Shown in pieces: positions 38,844 to 46,075 of a stretch of DNA of 60,670 nucleotides. The first letter of the stretch is position 1. Every line of letters starts with the position of its first letter. The DNA comes from a virus (lineage: Duplodnaviria > Caudoviricetes), in IMG/VR virus record IMGVR_UViG_3300028596_000012, positions 1 through 60,670 of that record, one strand, 5' to 3'. A program made the translations under genes and the position numbers. A model generated the notes under the pieces. That model had not been told where the DNA came from. It did not search any database and saw only the letters and a list, made by a program, of their open reading frames with translations.

Positions 38844-39507
38844 TTACTTGTCCCCTTTTCCATTCGGCAACGGCGATACGAACCATTTCGTACGCCTGAG
38901 CCGCGTCCCCCCAACGCTTGACCCGTCCGCGCGTAACGGCGGAACGGTGCTCCCACTTCATATTGTACGGCTGATTCCTCAGCAATACTACGGGAACGTC
39001 GTACGCAATAGCGAGCATCGCCTGCGACGGAAGGTCTTCCAGGGCGCAAGCGACCCGCCCGTCCGCCTGCCGCTTGAGCTCGCGGTACTTCTCGTCTCCG
39101 TCGGCCGGATCGAACAGCAGGGCATCGTAGCCGATATCGTTGCGCCGCAACCACTCCCGCGTGTCTGGGTCGATGTTGTCCAGGCGGAGGTATGGTCGGG
39201 TAGTGCAGACCCAGACCTCTGCGGCTAACTCCAAACGGATACGGCGGATCATCGCTGAGGCCCCATCCAGGCAAGGCATACTCCGCTTCATGCCGCCCTG
39301 CCGGTAGGCCAGCTTGACCTCTCGGTAGACCTCCTTGGTCACCCCCATCAGGTCATGGATAGGCTGGCCGTTCGTAGCCTCCTGCTCCCGGGGCATCGGC
39401 TTCCCCAGGTATAGCTCGGCGAACTGCAGGAACCACTGATGGTACGCAGCCAGAGTCCCGTCAATGTCAACTGACACAATGGGGATGCCATATCCGTTGG
39501 TACGCAT
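38830..39507 (-). CDS. HAD-family phosphatase (5'(3')-nucleotidase-like)
   Basis: VDIDGTL, CTTRP, LED, QPYN motifs. Confidence 0.85.
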   Translation of the reverse strand: MRTNGYGIPIVSVDIDGTLAAYHQWFLQFAELYLGKPMPREQEATNGQPIHDLMGVTKEVYREVKLAYRQGGMKRSMPCLDGASAMIRRIRLELAAEVWVCTTRPYLRLDNIDPDTREWLRRNDIGYDALLFDPADGDEKYRELKRQADGRVACALEDLPSQAMLAIAYDVPVVLLRNQPYNMKWEHRSAVTRGRVKRWGDAAQAYEMVRIAVAEWKRGQVSGDT

Positions 39508-39509
39508 GA

Positions 39510-40316
39510 TTACCTCCGCGCGATCTTCTGTGCCGCCTCGTATGCCTCGTGAGACAGCACCCCTTTCTTCCAGGATCCGTACCGCCCCAGGCCGACGATC
39601 CGGTCTCCCCAGCAGGTGCAGTTGTGCCGGATGGGCTTGGTGACTTCGGCCACGGATACCGGAGGCTTCCGCGCCTCGGGCCACTCGCATGTCGTATGGC
39701 CGAAGACGTTGGATAACCGATACCACGCACGGTCTGGATCCCCGTTGCATATCACCGTATCTGGCGGGCAGGAGATCGGGCAGTGCCGCCCCAACTCCGG
39801 GGCATCCCCTGCAGCCCAGACCTTCTGCGACAGGAACTCGTGTCGGTCGTCGTCGCAGATTGCCGGGGCGGGGATCGTGTTGACGATGGCGCCCCAGTAC
39901 TTCCTTGCGGACGGGTTACCGAACTGCGACCGCATCCAATGCGGAGTAATGCGGACATCCGTCACCTGGTACTCGTATCGCTCGTATGCATCGAAGTACG
40001 CCATGCGGATATCCCAGGCGTAGTGGTGGCCCTCCAGCGTTGCCGGGGAAACCTGACCGGGCGGGACCGTACCGCCGTAGACCTTCTCCGCGTAACCCTC
40101 GGCAGTTCCGACCAGCTTGTACTCGATCTTGGACCGTCGCTCGTAAAGGCCAGGGATCGGCATGTGGAGGTACTGCGCGCCGAACATCTGGCTAGGACGC
40201 TTCCGGGAGTAGATGGTCACATCCCAGCCGGCCTCGTTGAACGCGTGCGCCGCGAACATCCCCGCCGGACCGCAGCCCAGGATGGCAGCCTTCTTCGGCT
40301 TCCTACTGAAAATCAC
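39510..40316 (-). CDS. FAD/NAD-dependent oxidoreductase (UDP-galactopyranose mutase/amine-oxidase-like fold)
   Basis: ILGCGPAG, GAQYLH, VNTIP, GRYGSWK; GGAGG RBS before GTG 40316. Confidence 0.8.
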   Translation of the reverse strand: MIFSRKPKKAAILGCGPAGMFAAHAFNEAGWDVTIYSRKRPSQMFGAQYLHMPIPGLYERRSKIEYKLVGTAEGYAEKVYGGTVPPGQVSPATLEGHHYAWDIRMAYFDAYERYEYQVTDVRITPHWMRSQFGNPSARKYWGAIVNTIPAPAICDDDRHEFLSQKVWAAGDAPELGRHCPISCPPDTVICNGDPDRAWYRLSNVFGHTTCEWPEARKPPVSVAEVTKPIRHNCTCWGDRIVGLGRYGSWKKGVLSHEAYEAAQKIARR

Positions 40317-40430
40317 CCGCACTCCTCCCAGAAGTGTTCCCACTCCCGCTTCTGACGATCGTAGATGTACGTTGCGACTCCGCCCAGGGCGGCGCATAGA
40401 CCCGCGATCGCAGCCGTGGCTATGGCCCGC

Positions 40431-40682
40431 CTAGCCCATTGCTTCATAGCGCTCCGCCGCCTCTGCTCGTACCGCGTCCACGTTCGGCGCGTATGAGTTT
40501 ACGATGATGGAGATGGCCTCTGCAAGACCCAGGGTGTGGCCCTGAAGCCGGATGTCATCATCCACTGGGTTTTCCCAGTCGACCTCCATAAGCTCTACGT
40601 AGCAACCCATCAACTGGTCCCAGAGCATCTCCAGGAGGGACTTGCCCGCGCAGTCCGGGCGGTGCGTAGTCATGTAGCTCAT
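40431..40682 (-). CDS. Hypothetical protein
   Basis: Acidic helical ORF; start uncertain. Confidence 0.5.
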   Translation of the reverse strand: MSYMTTHRPDCAGKSLLEMLWDQLMGCYVELMEVDWENPVDDDIRLQGHTLGLAEAISIIVNSYAPNVDAVRAEAAERYEAMG

Positions 40683-40816
40683 CCTATCGTTCGTAACCCG
40701 GCAGGATAGGTCGCGGTCGATGGCCCTTACGCAGGCAGCAGCGCGTACGCTTGCCCCCGTCTGGCAAACGTCCATCTGCTGCCTCCGTAAAAGCCGTCGA
40801 AACATTTGCCTAGAAA

Positions 40817-40862
40817 GGGGAGAGGCACCCCGACATCGGCGGAATTTGGGGTACCTCTCCCC
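40817..40862 (-). terminator. Intrinsic terminator
   Basis: GGGGAGAGG...CCTCTCCCC stem followed by TTTCT on the minus strand. Confidence 0.6.
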
Positions 40863-40931
40863 GCTCCTACGCTGCTACATACCCAGTTCTACCGTACCAC
40901 CCGACGGCAGAGATAGCAGCGCCTCAGCACG

Positions 40932-41507
40932 CTAGAACGGCGGCTCGTTGTCGTCGTCGGCCCCGGCGTCGTCTGCGTCGTTCGCGTCGTCGGACCCGCT
41001 ACCGCTGTCGTCGCCGGCCGGTGCCATGTACTTGATGGACTCGTACTCCGGCTTTTTGCGGTCCGGCCGGATGGAGGCGGTGAGCACCAGGCCCTCGATC
41101 TTGATCGGCCCGATCTTGGTGACCTGCTCGATCGGCCCGCCCTGGGCGTTGGTCCGGTCCGTCGGGGCCGTGATCGTCATGGTACGGAACTGCCTGGCGG
41201 TCACGCCGAGCGCGTCCAGGAGCGGCCGGACGCGCCACGCTGTGGAGCCATCCTCCTTGACGATGATGTAGTCCCGGCAGTAGTACCCCTTGTAGGGCTT
41301 GGTCTTCGCGTTGTGGGGCTCCAGCGTGAGGTGGACGATCAGCTGGTTGAAGCCGCCGGACGAGACCGTCTTGTCCATCCGCACGTTCCACTGGTACACG
41401 CCCTTGGGCGGACGTTCCCCAGTGTACTCCGGGTACTGATTGCCGTCGTCCTCGTAGTCGTCCAGAGCGGACTCGAGATCCGCCCCGCCCCACGTTACCT
41501 TCGCCAT
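40932..41507 (-). CDS. Single-stranded DNA-binding-like protein (DUF669-like)
   Basis: PPKGVY motif, acidic tail ending DDDNEPPF, follows the AAA ATPase. Confidence 0.75.
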   Translation of the reverse strand: MAKVTWGGADLESALDDYEDDGNQYPEYTGERPPKGVYQWNVRMDKTVSSGGFNQLIVHLTLEPHNAKTKPYKGYYCRDYIIVKEDGSTAWRVRPLLDALGVTARQFRTMTITAPTDRTNAQGGPIEQVTKIGPIKIEGLVLTASIRPDRKKPEYESIKYMAPAGDDSGSGSDDANDADDAGADDDNEPPF

Positions 41508-41611
41508 TGCGCACCTGCTTTCTGTTTACCTGTCACCAGGCGATGGTTGCCTACGGGGCGGGCACCCCAAGGCTGGAAACCGAAATGCCCGCCCCTCCCC
41601 CAGAAGGGGCC

Positions 41612-42436
41612 TTACGCCGCGAGCCCAGCGCCCGCAACGAGTTCATGGATCTCAACGCCCGTGGTATCTTCCTGGACCTTGGGAAAGACGTTGAGTTGGT
41701 CCTTGGCCATGATGGTCTGGCCGTTGTCCGGGTTATAGCGCTGCTCCCAGAGGATCCGGCGCGCTACTTCTCCGCTCGGCACCTCAATGGTCTTGGTGCC
41801 CTGCTTGGCTTTCTTCATCTTCTCCCGTACTGCCATGTACCCGATGGAGGACATGAGACCGCAGATGAAGTTGCCCAACTTGTACTCTCGGCCCTCCAAA
41901 TGCGGCCGGATCCACTCGGAGGCGTCGTCCGCGTCACCTATCTGCGCGTGGGCGGTGAACACCACCGACGTAGGGAGATCGCACAACGCCGCAACAGCGT
42001 TCTTCAAGGCGTTCTGCTGCTTGAAGTAGTCCGGCTTGTCGGGCTGGAAGGCGTTGACCCGCTTGGTGTTGTCCTGCTCCCAGGCCTCCTTGGCGTTGGC
42101 CAGAGTCATCTTCTGCTGCAGGATGGTCAAGCCGTCGGCGATGATCCACTTGTAGTTCTTGTGGCCGCCGTCCTTGAGCCAGTGTACACCGGCCATGAGC
42201 TCTCGCTCGTCCGCCACCGGCCGAACCTGGCACTTGCGCCCGAGAGTCTTCGCAGTGGCATAACCGGGGTCGAAGCCCAACAGGAGCGCGGAGGGGAGTT
42301 CGCTCAACAGGGCAGTCTTGCCGCAACCTGGAGCACCGTAGATCATGAGGTTTGCGGACGGGGTGCTATCACCGATGTCGGTAATGCCCTCCGCCCACTC
42401 CGCCATTGTCATGGCGGGTACACGTGGTGGCGCCAT
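41612..42436 (-). CDS. AAA_24 / Sak4-like recombination ATPase
   Basis: IYGAPGCGKT, IIADGLT, FTAH, AKD. Confidence 0.85.
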   Translation of the reverse strand: MAPPRVPAMTMAEWAEGITDIGDSTPSANLMIYGAPGCGKTALLSELPSALLLGFDPGYATAKTLGRKCQVRPVADERELMAGVHWLKDGGHKNYKWIIADGLTILQQKMTLANAKEAWEQDNTKRVNAFQPDKPDYFKQQNALKNAVAALCDLPTSVVFTAHAQIGDADDASEWIRPHLEGREYKLGNFICGLMSSIGYMAVREKMKKAKQGTKTIEVPSGEVARRILWEQRYNPDNGQTIMAKDQLNVFPKVQEDTTGVEIHELVAGAGLAA

Positions 42437-42511
42437 ATTCCCCTTCTCTCACCTGTTACCTGTCACCTGTTGTTCGGGGAGATTCATCCTACCGCGCTCC
42501 GGCGGTTGCCG

Positions 42512-43186
42512 CTAGACGATGCGCGCCCTGAGCTCTTCATTGCTACCGAGGTACTGCGCCGCCACGTTTCGCTTGCCGGCGATGAGGGCGTTGTCGGTGA
42601 ACTGGATGCCGGCCGGATTCCAGCCAACGTACCCATCCGTCCACCAAGAGGGCTGGATAGCCTTTGCCTGCTGAGAAGCGTACGGCCGGGCGGGATCCTT
42701 CCGAACCGCCTCCGGCACCCAGTGTGCCTCTTCGAGGACCGGGCAAGCGCGCGATCCGTCGTGGCCCTCCATGTTGGCCGTCCAGAACCTCTTGGAAGTA
42801 TACACGGAAAGCGTCTTGCCTTCCGTAATGGCATTCCAGGCCTCCACGAAGAACATGAAGTCGAACCACTTCAGCCCATCCTGCTCCACATCCACGTAGG
42901 CGGCCCATTTCTCGACGGCCCCGGTGTTGATGAGCAGATCCATGAACAGCCCCGCTTGCGCGTGCTGATGACCGGGAACCAGGTACCAGTACACGGCCGG
43001 GACCAGACGGGGCTCCGCCAACAACGCATCGGCATTTTCCTGGAACATGGGGTCCTCGAAGGACCAGCCCTCCCGAGAGGATCCGCCCGCCTTCAGCTTC
43101 ACCATTCCGAATCCCTCGTCGGCGATCTGCTTAGCTGGAACTCGCACGCCCTGCCAGTGCGTCCAGTCGGTAGCCCATACGGTCAT
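42512..43186 (-). CDS. Glycoside hydrolase family 25 (lysozyme-like), catalytic domain only
   Basis: DWTHWQG, KAGG, DP.F..N, YWY, DVE, IQFT. Confidence 0.75.
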   Translation of the reverse strand: MTVWATDWTHWQGVRVPAKQIADEGFGMVKLKAGGSSREGWSFEDPMFQENADALLAEPRLVPAVYWYLVPGHQHAQAGLFMDLLINTGAVEKWAAYVDVEQDGLKWFDFMFFVEAWNAITEGKTLSVYTSKRFWTANMEGHDGSRACPVLEEAHWVPEAVRKDPARPYASQQAKAIQPSWWTDGYVGWNPAGIQFTDNALIAGKRNVAAQYLGSNEELRARIV

Positions 43187-43195
43187 TGACGTCTC

Positions 43196-44356
43196 CTAAC
43201 GGTGGTCGGCGTACGGGTCCCGGACTACGAACGCGGCCTGCTTGAAGTCCTCGACTGCTTCGGATCCACCCGCCTCATCCAGTTCGCACATCTCGAAGAA
43301 GGGGCAACGGAACGCACCCTGGTTGCAGGTACGGTCCGGAACCTTGGTCACAGGCAGGATACCGGACCGGTACGCCTGCATCAGGAGGCCTTCCTTCTGG
43401 AGCCGGATCAGCTGCTGGTTGCGCTCTGGGCGGGTACGGTGAACCGGGTACCGCAGGAAGTTCTCGGCCGGCTGCGTCTTGGAGCGCTCGCCGATCACCG
43501 TAACGCCCCAGCCAGAGGCCAAGCCCTGCAACTGTTCCAGCTTCATCTTGGCCAGAGCAGATGACGTGATGGGAGACCTAGCACGCCCCTCCGGGGTCTC
43601 TACCAGCCAAGTGCTGAGTTGCTCAGCGTAGTGGGCCTTGATAGGCTTGTTGGTAGCGAAGCCTTCCGCGTCCTTAGGGCGGTCGTCGGGTAGCGCCTTG
43701 CGCATGAAATTGTACTCGATGCCCCATAGCTGCTCATTGGGACCGATCTTGCCGGCGTCCCGGAGGTACCGCCCGGCCACCGCCCAGTAGCTGCCGGCCT
43801 GCGGGTCTAGTGTGAGGTGCCCGGTTGCGATCTGTCCAGCCGTCTTGTGCTCATCCAGCCAGATGTGGCCGGTATCCGCATGCCGCCATACCGAGTCGAA
43901 CGTCCCGACGTACCGCAGCAGCAACCCCTCCGGGGTCTCCTCGTATAGCATCTGGTCCTTGGGCCAGGGGACGTCAAGGCTGAACGTCATCTCCGGACTA
44001 AGCACCAGCTTGTGCTCGTCTTCCCCGTAGAGCTTGACGTACCCCTCCATCATCACGGTGCCGAGCTTCTTGGCGTCCACCCAGACGGCTTCCCGCTCTT
44101 CGTCCCACTTCTCGACCGTGCGGATAGAGCGCATGTCCTCATCCGCCCACTTCTGCCACGTCTCCGCCGGGTGCGGGCCTCGCTTCGTACCGGGGCCACA
44201 GTACCAAGCGGCAAGAGCCTCGTGGATGCCCGAGCCGAACCAGAGCGCGTCCGCCTCCGCGCCGCGTTCCCGTAGGCCTTCGCGCCACGCCCACCACCAG
44301 CGCTGGGGGCATCGCCCCAGATCCCTGCGCTCGGACGTCCTAAGAATCGGTACCAC
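43196..44356 (-). CDS. Cas4/RecB-like PD-(D/E)xK exonuclease
   Basis: RTSER....CPQRW, FGSGIHEAL, GTFD...DEHKT, C-terminal C..CPF..MC; AAGGGGA RBS before GTG 44356. Confidence 0.85.
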   Translation of the reverse strand: MVPILRTSERRDLGRCPQRWWWAWREGLRERGAEADALWFGSGIHEALAAWYCGPGTKRGPHPAETWQKWADEDMRSIRTVEKWDEEREAVWVDAKKLGTVMMEGYVKLYGEDEHKLVLSPEMTFSLDVPWPKDQMLYEETPEGLLLRYVGTFDSVWRHADTGHIWLDEHKTAGQIATGHLTLDPQAGSYWAVAGRYLRDAGKIGPNEQLWGIEYNFMRKALPDDRPKDAEGFATNKPIKAHYAEQLSTWLVETPEGRARSPITSSALAKMKLEQLQGLASGWGVTVIGERSKTQPAENFLRYPVHRTRPERNQQLIRLQKEGLLMQAYRSGILPVTKVPDRTCNQGAFRCPFFEMCELDEAGGSEAVEDFKQAAFVVRDPYADHR

Positions 44357-44538
44357 TACGTCCCCTTCCATTGCTACGTAAGCCCTCCCACGTTGCCGGC
44401 TCGACCTATCCGGACCTCTTTCAGCCGGATGCGCCCGGTCTGACGGGTACAGCCCCGCGTCGTGCTGGTGGTAGCGCGCTCCGTACCGTGCCATCCAAGG
44501 TTTTCAGCACGGGCTGGCTTCGCGTTTGCGGGCTTACG

Positions 44539-45006
44539 TTATGCGTTCAGATCAAAATTCTCGGTCACGACCGTCTGGGTACAGCTTGGGCAGTTCCACA
44601 CCCAGTCCACGCCCTCAACCCGCCATACCGTGCCGTTGGAGACATTGGTGGCGAGGATCCAGGCGCACGACCAGCACGGCATGCCGGCCTGCTTCCAGGA
44701 GTTGACGTAGCTGCCACCGCCGGACGGGTAGAACCGGATCCGGAAACGCATGTTCGGCGACATCGAGTACGGCGCAACGATCTGGATGTCTTCGCAGGCC
44801 GACCCGCCAGGTGACGTCAACTGCGGACCGTAGGCGTACCAATCGCCGGAGCCGGTGTAGGTGCCGCCGCCGTACGCCGCACCGATGCCGGTCCAGTAGT
44901 ACGTGCACGAAGGGAACTCCGAAGAGTCGTCCGCTGCTGCAGGCGAAGCAGCCACCCCGACTCCGGCCAGTACTAGCGCCAACACGAGCAGGATACGTTT
45001 GATCAC
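44539..45006 (-). CDS. Secreted Cys/Trp/Gly-rich protein
   Basis: Sec signal peptide MIKRILLVLALVLAGVGVAASPAAA; six Cys; AAGGGGA RBS. Confidence 0.75.
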   Translation of the reverse strand: MIKRILLVLALVLAGVGVAASPAAADDSSEFPSCTYYWTGIGAAYGGGTYTGSGDWYAYGPQLTSPGGSACEDIQIVAPYSMSPNMRFRIRFYPSGGGSYVNSWKQAGMPCWSCAWILATNVSNGTVWRVEGVDWVWNCPSCTQTVVTENFDLNA

Positions 45007-45043
45007 TTCAGTCCCCTTACCGGCAGGAGCTTCCTGCCTCAGC

Positions 45044-45127
45044 TGGCGTTGAGGCTTCGAACCTCTGCCGGAGTCCTTAAGGTCATACCCGGCTGTCCAG
45101 GAGAGCGCTAGCTTCTCTCCAACGCCA
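45044..45127 (-). ncRNA. tRNA-like element 2 (acceptor stem and T-arm, non-canonical inner arms)
   Basis: TGGCGTT/AACGCCA stem, GGAGAG/CTCTCC arm, GCCGG/CCGGC arm, GAGG-TTCGAAG-CCTC T-arm. Confidence 0.5.
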
Positions 45128-45234
45128 CGCCCAACCTAACCGCGAAGTAGGTTGAGCCGCCACCACTTTTGTTCGCCACACGCACGGGGGTCCTATGCGC
45201 ATATGCTCCCTATAGCCTTAAGTGGACTGCTCCG

Positions 45235-45304
45235 TTGCCCCGCCAGGAATCGAACCTGGGACTTCCCTGCCTTCAGGTCGGTCTGCCACTGACCGTACGG
45301 GGCA
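45235..45304 (-). ncRNA. tRNA-like element 1 with a shortened anticodon arm (no 7-nt loop)
   Basis: TGCCCCG TA CGGTC AGTGGCA GACCG A CCTG AAGG CAGG GAAGTC CCAGG TTCGATT CCTGG CGGGGCA A. Confidence 0.75.
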
Positions 45305-45311
45305 AAACTTG

Positions 45312-45797
45312 CTAGAAGGGTGCCGGCGTACGGGTTTGGGGCTTGGCCCGGCCGCGCCCCGTGGCCTTGGCCGGCGTCGCCTTCGCCGGGGCAGGCGCGG
45401 GTGCCGGTGCCGGCGCGGGCTCCTCGGTCTTCGCGGCGGACTTCGCGGCGCGCGTGGCAGCCGCCTCCTCCTTGGCCAGCGCCTTGGCGGCAGCCGCCTC
45501 CTCGCGCTCCTTGGCCCGCGTGGCCTTCTCCTCCTCGCGCGCCAGACGGGCGGCCTCGGCCTCCTCCGCCCGCGCGGCCCGCAGTTCCTCGGTGGCGGCA
45601 CGGTTCTCCGGCGACGCCTGGAACGGGATACGCAGGAAGACCGCGAGCCGCACGCCGTCCTCGAAGGCCTGCTGCTTGGTCTTGGCGACCGCCGGGTTGT
45701 AGCCGGTCTTCTCCACCAACCACGGCGCGAACCGCTGCTGGAGCGGGGTCGCCGGCTTGTCGGCGTACTCGGTGTAGTCCTTCTCTTCGTCGGCCAT
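45312..45797 (-). CDS. Ala/Lys/Glu-rich protein, histone-like tail, ends PAPF
   Basis: Strong codon bias, AAGGAG RBS, PAPAPAPAK repeats. Confidence 0.75.
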   Translation of the reverse strand: MADEEKDYTEYADKPATPLQQRFAPWLVEKTGYNPAVAKTKQQAFEDGVRLAVFLRIPFQASPENRAATEELRAARAEEAEAARLAREEEKATRAKEREEAAAAKALAKEEAAATRAAKSAAKTEEPAPAPAPAPAPAKATPAKATGRGRAKPQTRTPAPF

Positions 45798-45877
45798 GAT
45801 GTCTTGCTCTCCTTCGTTGGTTTTCTATCTGAAGCTCTACGCAAGCTTACTGGACAACTGAAACTGCCGTAACTTGT

Positions 45878-46075
45878 TCAGCGCCTAACTTTCATGACTC
45901 GCAATCTTACCCCACGCTTGGCCTTGGTGGATTCCTGGACCTCCTCCTCGTTCGCCAGCCAGTGCTCCCATATGCCGGACTCGTACCGGCGTCCGGATAG
46001 GAACCCGCCCCACCACATGGCAAGCACGGCAGGGAGCAACGTACCCAGGAAGCATACCCATCCGAGCGCGCTCAT
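45878..46075 (-). CDS. Small membrane protein
   Basis: ATGA overlap with the helicase gene; N-terminal transmembrane helix. Confidence 0.5.
   Translation of the reverse strand: MSALGWVCFLGTLLPAVLAMWWGGFLSGRRYESGIWEHWLANEEEVQESTKAKRGVRLRVMKVRR

Noticed and set aside
43196-44356. CRISPR-Cas system suggested by the Cas4-like gene
   Set aside because: No other cas genes or repeat-spacer array; the context is a nuclease-Sak4-SSB recombination module.
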